From NCBI GenBank assembly GCA_002269645.1, contig NIVC01000625.1, forward strand, positions 62,001 to 126,000: a stretch of 64,000 nucleotides of DNA, read 5' to 3'. Each line of letters begins with the position of its first letter. The first letter of the stretch is position 1. Shown here in pieces: positions 37,141-52,282 of this stretch. The notes under the pieces were generated by a model that was given only the letters and a program-made list of their open reading frames with translations, had not been told where the DNA came from and ran no database searches. Both the position numbers and the translations under genes were made by a program. The DNA is from Macrostomum lignano (Eukaryota).

Positions 37141-37232
37141 CAAAGCTGCGGAGCGGGCTTTCTTGTCAAGCCATCGTTTTCAAAGCGAAACGTCTCGAAG
37201 TTACAAGCTTCTTACAAACCATTCAATTCTAA

Positions 37233-38162
<930 letters not shown>

Positions 38163-38924
38163 ACTTGTGAACGGAATATTCTGAGCGCGTGTGACGCTAT
38201 TTGACATTATCAAGAGAAATTAACCTAGTATAACAGTTTAGTTTCAACTTTCCTCTTATTAATATAAAAGATTAAACAAAACAAGCAATCTCTTGTCAAA
38301 ACCAGTCAAACCGCTTTTAATGGTTCAGTTTGATACCAAAATCTGTATCAATAACCCGAATGTCCTTTTCAATACTAGCTTTCGAATAGCAACAAGAAAA
38401 TAAACCGAGTTTTACCACCAGCAGAAATAATAGTTCTCGAAATCGAACTTGCATTACTAAGTTTTCTGTTTTGTTCTTAATTATTTGCTGTTAGTGTTGT
38501 ACGAAAGCATAGATTTGTTTAAATACGGTGATACTCTGCAGAAGCAAATGACTGCTGATCTTCGGTTTTTTCCTTGATCTCGATCGCATTGTCTTCAGTC
38601 TAGGCTGGCCTCTCCTGACCCAACCCCATCTCTTGATATTTCACCCAGATTTTTTATTTTACTTTTACTGTAAAATCAGGTGATCCGTGTCATCTTAAAA
38701 GGAAGGCGATTTATCTGGGGAAGCAATCCAGATTGTTCAACGGATCAGGACCAGGCTATTATAAAGTGACCCGCGGCATTCACTTGTTTGCCGCTGTGAA
38801 TAGTGATGGGATGATTTAGTCAGGTATTTGTTATCAGATCTACAAGGCGTAGTTCCTGTTGTACTACATGTATAATGTCAATATTTGTCAATGTCAATAT
38901 AATATCAAAGAGTGCAGTAGTGTT

Positions 38925-39790
38925 GACCACTCTCACCATCGCGATCTTCCCACCACTCACCGGCACTCCTACCACCACTCACCGTCACTCTTCCCACCAC
39001 TCACCGACACTCTTACCACGACTCACCGTCACTCTTACCACCACACCGTCACTCTTGCCACCACTCACCGTCACTCTTCCCACCACTCACCGTCACTCTT
39101 ACCACCACTCACTGCCACTCTTCCCACCACTCACCGTCACTCTTACCACCACTCACCGCCACTCTTACCACCACTCACCGTCACTCTTACCACCACTCAC
39201 CGTCACTCTTACCACCACTCACCGCCACTCTTACCACCACTCACCGCCACTCTTACCACCACTCACCGTCACTCTTACCACCACTCACCGCCACTCTTAC
39301 CACCACTCACCGCCACTCTTACCACCACTCACCGTCACTCTTACCACCACTCACCGCCACTCTTACCACCACTCACCGCCACTCTTACCACCACTCACCG
39401 TCTGCACTCTTCCCACCACTCACCGGCACTCTTCCCACCACTCACCGGCACTCTTCCCCCCTGCTTGCCCAACCATGGTCAAATCATGCATGAACCGGGG
39501 GACAACAACCATGGAGGGCAACCACTTCCCACCACTCACCGTCTGCACTCGATCTCACCACTCACCGGCACTCTTCCCACCACTCACGGCACTCTTCCCA
39601 CCACTCACCGTCTGCACTCGATCCCACCACTCACCGTCACTCTTCCCACGCCACTCACCGTCACTCTTCCCACACCACTCACCGGCACTCTTCCCACCAC
39701 TCCCCGGCACTCTTCCCACCACTCACGTCGCTCTTCCCACCACTCCCCGGCAGTCTTCCCACCACTCTCAGTATTATACTTCCACCACTC
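38925..39790 (+). repeat. 22-bp minisatellite (CTCACCGTCACTCTTACCACCA)n with diverged flanks
   Basis: Tandem unit directly visible. Confidence 0.95.
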
Positions 39791-40304
39791 AGAGTCCCTT
39801 TTGGACTCTCCGTTACAGTAGTTTTTCACACCCTTGTTTAAAGTAGCCACTACATGTACTTTACTGATCAAACTTTGTCAAATAGATGAGTCAAACTAGA
39901 AAGCCTTAGTAGAAAGTCTGTCTTGTACCTTTCACACCCACTGCGCAGTCTACCGGTACTAGCAACAAACTGCTCATAAAATATTAAATCTAGAACTTTA
40001 AACCACCTAGGAATGTATATACCCATAAATCCCTTGCCGTCTCACACATCTACCAACGGCATCTACTCGTATGTACACACCTTGACATCTACACAGCCTC
40101 AAAAAGTTCTGGATACCCTTGGTATGCTGATAGTAGCTAGGCGCGTGAAACGTTGCCGTTTTTGAGGGCTTAACATCAGTAGTAGCTCGTATTCAGTTAA
40201 TAGTTAATAACGCATCTACTGGCTGCAGTAGGTGTTACATTTCTGCGAAACCTTTTTGCAGACTAACATTGCTCGCAGAATCTCTAAATCTGTCTGCTGT
40301 AACT

Positions 40305-40450
40305 GGGTGAAAGACTTGCTCACATATGTCACTGGATTAAAGACTTGCTCACAGATGTCACTGGATGAAAGACTTGCTCACAGATGGCACTGGAATGATG
40401 AAAGACTTGCTTACAGATGTCACTGGATGAAAGACTTGCTCACAGATATC
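40305..40450 (+). repeat. ~29-bp tandem repeat (GAAAGACTTGCTCACAGATGTCACTGGAT), ~5 copies
   Basis: Tandem unit directly visible. Confidence 0.9.
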
Positions 40451-41257
40451 TCGGATGTACCAGCTGGAGCAGTCGCTCACCTATTCGTCAAAAGTCAGTG
40501 AAAATTCTATATCAGACACTTAATTACATAAATCAAAGACGTTGATGGTCAGAGTTATCGGTATAATTTATCGGGTTAAAATATTGATTATAATTATATT
40601 GATTGAACTACCGATGCACTCAGATCAGGTCTTAGTGATGGACAGAGCGACCCTATCTATTCTGAACACCATGGGGCAGCGAGTTTTCGTTGGGCTGTAA
40701 AACAAACATTCTGCCGCAAACTGGAATCCTAAGCCAGAGAATGTGGCTTCCGGTCAGGAGCTCCCGCTGGGAGTCGAGCCAAGCCAGGCGAGGTGCTCAC
40801 AAATAATTGGCGCCAGGATATTCGGCAAACCGACTTGTTGAGAGGAGGTTTTGAAGTCCGTGCTTCTGTTGTGCACCATACACGCCCCGGATGTCGGCAG
40901 AGTCCCAAGCTAACGGGTTTGCACTTTAACCCAGGCTGCCTAACAGCATTCAGATGCGAGCTAGATTGGTATCCTGCTCAAAAACCGGCATGTCATGTCT
41001 GCCCGATGGCCCACACGAACTGCGCGAGTTTATGCAAATTGAGCCGCCAAGGGGCAGGCAGAAAGCGGCTTTCAAAGCGGGCTGCCTTGGCGAGGCGCTG
41101 ACTTAATTGACCAATGCACAGAATATTTATGGGAAATAAGGCGAGTGGGAAGCTATTAAACAAAATCAACCCGATTCCCAACTGAAAAGGCCTCAGATGG
41201 ACAAGGGTGAGCTTGGCCGCCCGCGATTTCAGTTGGTCACTACATTTTCAAGTATCT

Positions 41258-43270
41258 TTCAGTGGGTTGCCACAAACCTCCAATCATTCATGGGTTGCCA
41301 CAAACCCCAAATCATTCATGGGTTGCCACAAACCCCAAATCATTCATGGGTTGCCACAAACCCCAAATCATCCAGTGGGTTGCCACAAACCCCAAATCAT
41401 TCTGGGTTGCCACAAACCCCAAATCATCCAGTGGGTTGCGACAAACCCCAAATCATTCAGTGGGTTGCCACAAACCCCAAATCATTCAGTGGGTTGCCAC
41501 AAACCCCAAATCATCCAGTGGGTTGCGACAAACCCCAAATCATTCAGTGGGTTGCCACAAACCCCAAATCATTCAGTGGGTTGCCACAAACCCCAAATCA
41601 TTCAGCGGGTTGCCACAAACCCCAAATCATTCAGCGGGTTGCCACAAACCCCAAATCATCCAGTGGGTTGCGACAAACCCCAAATCATCCAGTGGGTTGC
41701 CACAAACCCCAAATCATTCAGCGGGTTGCCACAAACCCCAAATCATGCAGTGGGTTGCCACAAACCCCAAATCATTCAGTGGGTTGCCACAAACCCCAAA
41801 TCATTCAGTGGGTTGCCACAAACCCCAAATCATTCAGTAGGTTGCGACAAACCCCAAATCATTCAGTAGGTTGCGACAAACCCCAAATCATTCAGTAGGT
41901 TGCCACAAACCCCAAATCATTCAGTAGGTTGCCACAAACCCCAAATCATTCAGTGGGTTGCCACAAACCCCAAATCATTCTGGGTTGCCACAAACCCCAA
42001 ATCATTCAGTAGGTTGCCACAAACCCCAAATCATTCAGTGGGTTGCCACAAACCCCAAATCATCCGGTGGGTTGCCACAAACCCCAAATCATCCAGTGGG
42101 TTGCCACAAACCCCAAATCATCCAGTGGGTTGCCACAAACCCCAATCCACTCAGTGGGTTGCCACAAACCCCAAATCATCCAGTGGGTTGCCACAAACCC
42201 CAAATCATCCAGTGGGTTGCGACAAACCCCAAATCATTCAGTGGGTTGCCAAAACCCCAAATCATTCAGCGGGTTGCCACAAACCCCAAATCATTCAGCG
42301 GGTTGCCACAAACCCCAAATCATCCAGTGGGTTGCGACAAACCCCAAATCATCCAGTGGGTTGCCACAAACCCCAAATCATTCAGCGGGTTGCCACAAAC
42401 CCCAAATCATGCAGTGGGTTGCCACAAACCCCAAATCATTCAGTGGGTTGCCACAAACCCCAAATCATTCAGTGGGTTGCCACAAACCCCAAATCATTCA
42501 GTAGGTTGCGACAAACCCCAAATCATTCAGTAGGTTGCGACAAACCCCAAATCATTCAGTAGGTTGCCACAAACCCCAAATCATTCAGTAGGTTGCCACA
42601 AACCCCAAATCATTCAGTGGGTTGCCACAAACCCCAAATCATCCGGTGGGTTGCCACAAACCCCAAATCATCCAGTGGGTTGCCACAAACCCCAAATCAT
42701 CCAGTGGGTTGCCACAAACCCCAAATCATTCAGTGGGTTGCCACAAACCCCAAATCATTCAGTAGGTTGCGACAAACCCCAAATCATTCAGTAGGTTGCC
42801 ACAAACCCCAAATCATTCAGTAGGTTGCCACAAACCCCAAATCATTCAGTGGGTTGCCACAAACCCCAAATCATCCGGTGGGTTGCCACAAACCCCAAAT
42901 CATCCAGTGGGTTGCCACAAACCCCAAATCATCCAGTGGGTTGCCACAAACCCAATCCACTCAGTGGGTTGCCACAAACCCCAAATCATCCAGTGGGTTG
43001 CCACAAACCCCAAATCATCCAGTGGGTTGCCACAAACCCCAAATCATCCAGTGGGTTGCCACAAACCCCAAATCATTCAGTAGGTTGCGACAAACCCCAA
43101 ATCATTCAGCGGGTTGCCACAAACCCCAAATCATTCAGTGGGTTGCGACAAACCCCAAATCATTCAGCGGGTTGCCAAAAACCCCAAATCATCCAGTGGG
43201 TTGCGACAAACCCCAAATCATTCATAGGGTTGCCACAAACCCCAATCCACTCAGTGGGTTGCCCCAAACC
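41258..43270 (+). repeat. 29-bp satellite (CAGTGGGTTGCCACAAACCCCAAATCATT)n, ~68 copies
   Basis: Tandem unit visible; higher-order duplications present. Confidence 0.98.
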
Positions 43271-43513
43271 CTAATCCACTGCCCATTTTCCATTCCGTTT
43301 CAGTTTAGCAAGAGGCCAAAACCATAATTTCACTTCAAGTCCTTTTTTCTTAGAAGCAGACGGCACGTTGGCGTCGATAACCAGCATCAGAGCCAGTATA
43401 TTTGGTTAATAAAGACAAAAATGGTTCCAATCGGAAAGAGAAATGTTTCAAAATTTGAATTATAAACAAAATTTAATGATGAAATATTAAAATGAAGAAG
43501 TCTTCCACGGGGC

Positions 43514-46500
43514 TCAGGGCTTCGCTTCTTGGGGCGCCTCCTGCTTGAAGTCTGAGCGCATGATGTACAGTAGGAAGGCGAGGAACTGCAGCACGGCGGC
43601 GGCCACGGCCACCCAGTAGGACCAGCGCAGCGAGTTGCGGTGCGCCCGGTTCGCGTCCCCGTGGCTCACGAAGTCGCCCCAGACGGCCACGGCCACCAGG
43701 AGGCACAGAACTGCGCGAGCGAGGATGAGGGCGACAAGAAGGTTTGGGACTAGGTGTACATTATGACTAGGTGTACACGGTGCGTGAGAGGGCCAGGGGT
43801 TTGAGTTATGTCATAAATAGTGCAAAGCAATTTCCGATACAGAAGTCACACTACAGAATACAGAAATACAGAATACAGAATACAGCACACTACAGACTCT
43901 CAAAGTACAGCACACTGCGGACTCTCAAATACAGCACACTACAGACTCTCAAAGTACAGCACACTGCGGACTCTCAAATACAGCACACTACAGACTCTCA
44001 AAGTACAGCACACTATTGCAGACTCTCAAAGTACAGCACACTGCGGACTCTCAAATACAGCACACTACAGACTCTCAAAGTACAGCACACTATTGCAGAC
44101 TCTCAAAGTACAGCACACTGCGGACTCTCAAAGTACAGCACACTATTGCAGACTCTCAAAGTACAGCACACTGCGGACTCTCAAATACAGCACACTACAG
44201 ACTCTCAAAGTACAGCACACTGCGGACTCTCAAATACAGCACACTACAGACTCTCAAAGTACAGCACACTGCGGACTCTCAAATACAGCACACTACAGAC
44301 TCTCAAAGTACAGCACACTATTGCAGACTCTCAAAGTACAGCACACTGCGGACTCTCAAATACAGCACACTACAGACTCTCAAAGTACAGCACACTGCGG
44401 ACTCTCAAAGTACAGCACACTGCGGACTCTCAAATACAGCACACTACTGCAGACTCTCAAAGTACAGCACACTGCAGACTCTAAAATACAGCACACTACT
44501 GCAGACTCTCAAAGTACAGCACACTGCAGACTCTCAAAGTACAGCACATTACTGCAGACTCTCAAAGTACAGCACACTGCAGACTCTCAAATACAGCACA
44601 CTACTGCAGACTCTCAAAGTACAGCACACTGCAGACTCTCAAAGTACAGCACATTACTGCAGACTCTCAAAGTACAGCACACTGCAGACTCTCAAATACA
44701 GCACACTACTGCAGACTCTCAAAGTACAGCACATTACTGCAGACTCTCAAAGTACAGCACACTGCGCACTCTCAAATACAGCACACTGCAGACTCTCAAA
44801 GTACAGCACACTGTAGACTCTCAAAGTACAGGACACTGCAGACTCTCAAAGTACAGCACACTGCAGACTCTCAAAGTACAGCACACTGCAGACTCTCAAA
44901 GTACAGCACACTGCAGACTCTCAAAGTACAGGACACTGCAGACTCTCAAAGTACAGCACACTGCGGACTCTCAAATACAGCACACTGCAGACTCTCAAAG
45001 TACAGCACATGCAGACTCTCAAAGTACAGCACACTACAGACTCTCAAAGTACAGCACACTACAGACTCTCAAAGTACAGCACACTGCAGACTCTCAAAGT
45101 ACAGCACACTACTGCAGACTCTCAAAGTACAGCACACTACTGCAGACTCTCAAAGTACAGCACACTGCGCACTCTCAAAGTACAGCACACTACTGCAGAC
45201 TCTCAAAGTACAGCACATTACTGCAGACTCTCAAAGTACAGCACACTGCGCACTCTCAAATACAGCACACTGCAGACTCTCAAAGTACAGCACACTGTAG
45301 ACTCTCAAAGTACAGGACACTGCAGACTCTCAAAGTACAGCACACTGCAGACTCTCAAAGTACAGCACACTGCAGACTCTCAAAGTACAGCACACTGCAG
45401 ACTCTCAAAGTACAGGACACTGCAGACTCTCAAAGTACAGCACACTGCGGACTCTCAAATACAGCACACTGCAGACTCTCAAAGTACAGCACATGCAGAC
45501 TCTCAAAGTACAGCACACTACAGACTCTCAAAGTACAGCACACTACAGACTCTCAAAGTACAGCACACTACAGACTCTCAAAGTACAGCACACTACTGCA
45601 GACTCTCAAAGTACAGCACACTACTGCAGACTCTCAAAGTACAGCACACTGCGCACTCTCAAAGTACAGCACACTACTGCAGACTCTCAAAGTACAGCAC
45701 ACTGCAGACTCTCAAAGTACAGCACACTGCAGACTCTCAAAGTACAGCACACTGCAGACTCTCAAAGTACAGCACACTATTGCAGACTCTCAAAGTACAG
45801 CACACTGCGACTCTCAAATACAGCACACTACAGACTCTCAAAGTACAGCACACTGCGGACTCTCAAAGTACAGCACACTGCGACTCTCAAATACAGCACA
45901 CTACTGCAGACTCTCAAAGTACAGCACACTGCAGACTCTCAAAGTACAGCACACTACTGCAGACTCTCAAAGTACAGCACACTGCAGACTCTCAAAGTAC
46001 AGCACACTGCAGACTCTCAAAGTACAGCACACTGCAGACTCTCAAAGTACAGCACACTGCAGACTCTCAAAGTACAGCACACTACTGCAGACTCTCAAAG
46101 TACAGCACACTGCGGACTCTCAAAGTACAGCACACTGCAGACTCTCAAAGTACAGCACACTGCAGACTCTCAAAGTACAGCACACTGCGGACTCTCAAAG
46201 TACAGCACACTGCAGACTCTCAAAGTACAGCACACTGCGCACTCTCAAATACAGCACACTGCAGACTCTCAAAGTACAGCACACTGCAGACTCTTAAAGT
46301 ACAGCACACTGCAGACTCTCAAAGTACAGCACACTGCAGACTCTCAAAGTACAGCACACTGCGGACTCTCAAAGTACAGCACACTGCAGACTCTCAAAGT
46401 ACAGCACACTACTGCAGACTCTCAAAGTACAGCACACTGCAGACTCTCAAAGTACAGCACACTGCGCACTCTCAAATACAGCACACTGCAGACTCTCAAA

Positions 46501-49500
46501 GTACAGCACACTGCAGACTCTCAAAGTACAGGACACTGCAGACTCTCAAAGTACAGCACACTGCGGACTCTCAAATACAGCACACTGCAGACTCTCAAAG
46601 TACAGCACATGCAGACTCTCAAAGTACAGCACACTACAGACTCTCAAAGTACAGCACACTACAGACTCTCAAAGTACAGCACACTGCAGACTCTCAAAGT
46701 ACAGCACACTACTGCAGACTCTCAAAGTACAGCACACTACTGCAGACTCTCAAAGTACAGCACACTGCGCACTCTCAAAGTACAGCACACTACTGCAGAC
46801 TCTCAAAGTACAGCACATTACTGCAGACTCTCAAAGTACAGCACACTGCGCACTCTCAAATACAGCACACTGCAGACTCTCAAAGTACAGCACACTGTAG
46901 ACTCTCAAAGTACAGGACACTGCAGACTCTCAAAGTACAGCACACTGCAGACTCTCAAAGTACAGCACACTGCAGACTCTCAAAGTACAGCACACTGCAG
47001 ACTCTCAAAGTACAGGACACTGCAGACTCTCAAAGTACAGCACACTGCGACTCTCAAATACAGCACACTGCAGACTCTCAAAGTACAGCACATGCAGACT
47101 CTCAAAGTACAGCACACTACAGACTCTCAAAGTACAGCACACTACAGACTCTCAAAGTACAGCACACTACAGACTCTCAAAGTACAGCACACTACTGCAG
47201 ACTCTCAAAGTACAGCACACTACTGCAGACTCTCAAAGTACAGCACACTGCGCACTCTCAAAGTACAGCACACTACTGCAGACTCTCAAAGTACAGCACA
47301 CTGCAGACTCTCAAAGTACAGCACACTGCAGACTCTCAAAGTACAGCACACTGCAGACTCTCAAAGTACAGCACACTATTGCAGACTCTCAAAGTACAGC
47401 ACACTGCGGACTCTCAAATACAGCACACTACAGACTCTCAAAGTACAGCACACTGCGGACTCTCAAAGTACAGCACACTGCGGACTCTCAAATACAGCAC
47501 ACTACTGCAGACTCTCAAAGTACAGCACACTGCAGACTCTCAAAGTACAGCACACTACTGCAGACTCTCAAAGTACAGCACACTGCAGACTCTCAAAGTA
47601 CAGCACACTGCAGACTCTCAAAGTACAGCACACTGCAGACTCTCAAAGTACAGCACACTGCAGACTCTCAAAGTACAGCACACTACTGCAGACTCTCAAA
47701 GTACAGCACACTGCGGACTCTCAAAGTACAGCACACTGCAGACTCTCAAAGTACAGCACACTGCAGACTCTCAAAGTACAGCACACTGCGGACTCTCAAA
47801 GTACAGCACACTGCAGACTCTCAAAGTACAGCACACTGCGCACTCTCAAATACAGCACACTGCAGACTCTCAAAGTACAGCACACTGCAGACTCTTAAAG
47901 TACAGCACACTGCAGACTCTCAAAGTACAGCACACTGCAGACTCTCAAAGTACAGCACACTGCGGACTCTCAAAGTACAGCACACTGCAGACTCTCAAAG
48001 TACAGCACACTACTGCAGACTCTCAAAGTACAGCACACTGCAGACTCTCAAAGTACAGCACACTGCGCACTCTCAAATACAGCACACTGCAGACTCTCAA
48101 AGTACAGCACACTGCAGACTCTTAAAGTACAGCACACTGCAGACTCTCAAAGTACAGCACACTGCAGACTCTCAAAGTACAGCACACTGCAGACTCTCAA
48201 AGTACAGCACACTACTGCAGACTCTCAAAGTACAGCACACTGCAGACTCTCAAAGTACAGCACACTGCAGACTCTCAAAGTACAGCACACTGCAGACTCT
48301 CAAAGTACAGCACACTGCAGACTCTCAAAGTACAGCACACTGCAGACTCTCAAAGTACAGCACACTGCAGACTCTCAAAGTAAAGCACACTGCAGACTCT
48401 CAAAGTACAGCACACTGCAGACTCTCAAAGTAAAGCACACTGCAGACTCTCAAAGTACAGCACACTGCAGACTCTCAAAGTACAGCACACTGCAGACTCT
48501 CAAAGTACAGCACACTGCAGACTCTCAAAGTACAGCACACTGCAGACTCTCAAAGTACAGCACACTGCAGACTCTCAAAGTACAGCACACTGCAGACTCT
48601 CAAAGTACAGCACACTGCAGACTTGCACAAAACGGCGCATTCTCTCGCAGCTTTCCAGGCTACACCAGCTGCGCCGCACTCACACGATGCCAGCAGGCAG
48701 CTGACGAACATCAGCCTGACTGTCTTGCTGTGCTGCGCGCTGCCCAGCCGAAGCCGCACCAGGCCGACCACCAGAGACGCCGCTGACGCTGCCAGGCCCA
48801 GAATGAAGGCGGCTTTTGTTTTTACAAAGTCGGCTGAGGCGGGAGCGAAGGGAGGCGGGAGGGTAGGAGGAGATTAAGATGAGGCACAAATTTGACAAGG
48901 TTTATTGATCCTCTCAGCTGAGAATCTCCGCAGCCTCCCCGATATAAAAACTGGTTACCGCCCTGCCGCAGCTCCCAAAGCTTCAGCATTTTCTGGCCAA
49001 GTCTGTAAGTGGCCGGCGGCCAATTCAATTTCGCTAATCGGTTACGAAACCTGTTGCAGTGCGCGGGGCTTGCGCTCGGATTTCATCTGGATGGCTGCGC
49101 GAGCGCTAAGAGGAGACCCACCTGTAGATATCGGCGCTAAGAGGAGACCCGCCTGTAGATATTGGCGCTAAGAGGAGACGCGCCTGTAGATATCGGCGCT
49201 AAGAGGAGACCCGCCTGTAGATATCGGCGCTAAGAGGAGACCCGCCTGTAGATATTGGCGCTAAGAGGAGACCCGCCTGTAGATATTAGCGCTAAGAGGA
49301 GACCCGCCTGTAGATATTAGCGCTAAGAGGAGACGCATCTGTAGATATTGGTGCTAAGAGGAGACCCGCCTGTAGATATTGGCGCTAAGAGGAGACCCGC
49401 CTGTAGATATCGGCGCTAAGAGGAGACCCGCCTGTAGATATTGGCGCTAAGAGGAGACGCGCCTGTAGATATTAGCGCTAAGAGGAGACGCGCCTGTAGA

Positions 49501-51717
49501 TATTAGCGCTAAGAGGAGACGCATCTGTAGATATTGGTGCTAAGAGGAGACCCGCCTGTAGATATCGGCGCTAAAAGGAGACGCGCCAGTAGATATCGGC
49601 GCTAAGAGGAGACGCGCCTGTAGATATTAGCGCTAAGAGGAGACCCGCCTGTAGATATTAGCGCTAAGAGGAGACGCAGCTGTAGATATTGGCGCTAAGA
49701 GGAGACGCGCCTGTAGATATTAGCGCTAAGAGGAGACGCGCCTGTAGATATTAGCGCTAAGAGGAGACGCATCTGTAGATATTGGTGCTAAGAGGAGACC
49801 CGCCTGTAGATATCGGCGCTAAAAGGAGACGCGCCAGTAGATATCGGCGCTAAGAGGAGACGCGCCTGTAGATATTGGCGCTAAGAGGAGACGCGCCTGT
49901 AGATATTGGCGCTAAGAGGAGACGCGCCTCTATTATGATATGTGCAATCCCACAGGTCCCAGAGTTTAGCATCTTAGTCATTGAATTTTGAGCTAAAAAG
50001 CCAGCAATTAAGAATCGTCCCCCAATCTCCCAGAAAGCCCCCACCCGGAATGAGAAGCGTCCAATTAGTCGGGCCGCCGCGGCGAAATTTTCCGATTCTG
50101 CCGCAGGCTGTTTCGATCACGTGACCTAGCAGCCTAGCGGCCGGACGGAGCCGAACGAGGAGGATTCGAAGAAAAAAAGGCGAGTTACTTTTTAAACCCG
50201 ATTGACAGCGCGCGGTGAGAGGGGGTTGGGGCGAAGCGTCTGCGACTTGAAAATTGGATGGCGAGCAGCAGGGGGGATTTGCAAGTCAAATGCCGCCGCG
50301 AGGAGGCTGCCGCGGCAAGCCGGAGCGGCACTTCAGCGGAGGCTTTAAAATTCCTGACTGGAGGGCTGGGGAGGCCGCGGCAGCAGATATCACAGCGCAC
50401 TCGCGCTTCCCGCGAGACCCGGGCCGACCCCCCCTCCACCTCGGAGCGGCAATTCCGCAGAATCGGGCATTCTCACCGCCATTAATTTTTATTTTTACCC
50501 CACCCGAGCACTGCTCAGTTGCTCAGCCCAGCCTCCCGGATGCGGTGGCTGTGGGGAAAGGAAGAAGTTTCGGTGGAAGTGGCTTTATACCTTATCGCCC
50601 AGTAGTTTTTTTCAGTTGAGCAAAGTCTGGAATCGAGATTCCCATCCTCGTAAATTCCGCTCACTGAGGAGGCTGCTGAGACTCGAGCAGATGGTGCTGT
50701 TTGCATTCTGGAGATGCTAAAATCCCTATGGGTCAGGATAACTCCCTCAGGACTTGGCGGCTTGAACTGGGGAGGCTATCGCCTGGCTGACAGGCTGGCC
50801 GAGTGTCTGTCTACCCTGGTGACCAGGATGTCTATTTAGACATCTTAAAATATAAACACCCTGTCTAGCAGGTGACTGTCTAGCAGGTGACTGTCTAACA
50901 GGTGACTGTCTAACAGGTGAATGTCTAACAGGTGACTGTCTAACAGGTGAATGGCCAGCAGGTGACTGTCTAACAGGTGACTGTCTAACAGGTGAATGTC
51001 TAACAGGTGACTGTCTAACAGGTGACTGTCTAACAGTTGACTGTCTAACAGGTGACTGTCTAACAGGTGACTGTCTAACAGGTGACTGTCTAACAGGTGA
51101 CTGTCTAACAGGTGACTGTCTAACAGGTGACTGTCTAACAGGTGACTGTCTAACAGGTGACTGTCTAACAGGTGACTGTCTAACAGGTGACTGTCTAACA
51201 GGTGACTGTCTAACAGGTGACTGTCTAACAGGTGACTGTCTAACAGGTGACTGTCTAACAGGTGACTGTCTAACAGGTGACTGTCTAACAGGTGACTGTC
51301 TAACAGGTGACTGTCTAACAGGTGACTGTCTAACAGGTGACTGTCTAACAGGTGACTGTCTAACAGATGACTGTCTAACAGGTGACTGTCTAACAGGTGA
51401 CTGTCTAACAGGTGACTGTCTAACAGGTGACTGTCTAACAGGTGACTGTCTAACAGGTGACTGTATAAGGCCCCCCTCCGAGCCGGAATCCCGCGCCGCT
51501 CACGCTCAGCAGAATGGTCCTCCTGCAGCACCACGGGCCAGCGGGCCAGCTGCGAGATGGACACGACTGCAGCAGCGAAGCCGGCGGCGCACATCGCCAA
51601 GATGGTCCGGTCTGCCGCAGTCACGGTCAGGCACATCACCCGCGCTCTGAGTGGAGGCTGCGGAGCTGCGTCGGAGTCGGGCTGGGGCAGCTCGATCAGC
51701 GGCGACCGGCTGATCAT
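43514..51717 (-). CDS. Claudin/PMP22-like tetraspan membrane protein; proposed exons 51717-51504, 50716-50665, 49002-48959, 48812-48684, 43710-43514 (~211 aa)
   Basis: Four hydrophobic segments (TILAMCAAGFAAAVVSI; AFILGLAASAASLVVGL; LMFVSCLLASFLCLLVAVAVW; SYWVAVAAAVLQFLAFLLY) and the typical L.WSYW..V motif before TM4. All five exons chain in phase. The two small middle exons are less certain and the canonical GLW-C-C motif is not seen. Confidence 0.62.
43875..48622 (+). repeat. ~4.75-kb 25-bp satellite (CAGCACACTGCAGACTCTCAAAGTA)n filling one intron
   Basis: Continuous array; explains the 800-1000-aa pseudo-ORFs. Confidence 0.98.
49102..49930 (+). repeat. 31-bp minisatellite (GCGCTAAGAGGAGACCCGCCTGTAGATATCG)n, ~26 copies
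   Basis: Period 31 (49141, 49172 ...). Confidence 0.97.
50863..51463 (+). repeat. 15-bp minisatellite (CTGTCTAACAGGTGA)n, ~40 copies
   Basis: Tandem unit visible; gives the (HLLDS)n pseudo-translation on the - strand. Confidence 0.97.
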
Positions 51718-51874
51718 GCTCGGTTAAGTAGATCCGCCCAGGCCGTGATAGGCTGCGGGCCCTTCACTCCGGGCCAGGGAGCTCTGGAGCCAGCATCTGG
51801 TGAGGAAAAGTGGTGAAAATCAATTCTTGAAGGACCACAATGCCAGGCGGGAAGTTAGAGGAAGGAGTCAAGGG

Positions 51875-52280
51875 GGTGCTGGCGCCCCTTGGTGCTGGCG
51901 CCCCTTGGTGCTGGCGCCCCTTGGTGCTGGCGCCCCTTGGTGCTGGCGCCCCTTGGTGCTGGCGCCCCTTGGTGCTGGCGCCCCTTGGTGCTGGCGCCCC
52001 TTGGTGCTGGCGCCCCTTGGTGCTGGCGCCCCTTGGTGCTGGCGCCCCTTGGTGCTGGCGCCCCTTGGTGCTGGCGCCCCTTGGTGCTGGCGCCCCTTGG
52101 TGCTGGCGCCCCTTGGTGCTGGCGCCCCTTGGTGCTGGCGCCCCTTGGTGCTGGCGCCCCTTGGTGCTGGCGCCCCTTGGTGCTGGCGCCCCTTGGTGCT
52201 GGCGCCCCTTGGTGCTGGCGCCCCTTGGTGCTGGCGCCCCTTGGTGCTGGCGCCCCTTGGTGCTGGCGCCCCTTGGTGCT
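51875..52280 (+). repeat. Near-perfect 16-bp minisatellite (GGTGCTGGCGCCCCTT)n, ~25 copies
   Basis: Near-identical units directly visible. Confidence 0.98.
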
Positions 52281-52282
52281 GT

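Noticed and set aside
37186-37204. Possible heat-shock element near the polyubiquitin gene (cGAAacGTCtcGAAgtTAC)
   Set aside because: Imperfect nGAAn array located downstream of the TATA box; insufficient support.
41197-43327. Repetitive ORFs and a CRISPR-like 29-bp periodicity
   Set aside because: Units are contiguous with no unique spacers and no cas genes, in a eukaryotic context; it is a satellite, not CRISPR.
43771-48125. ORFs up to 1038 aa (LQTLKVQHTADSQST repeats)
   Set aside because: Translation of a 25-bp satellite lying antisense in an intron.
50845-51503. (HLLDS)n extension of the tetraspan first-exon ORF
   Set aside because: Lies past the GTGAGC donor at 51503 and is the translation of a 15-bp intronic repeat.
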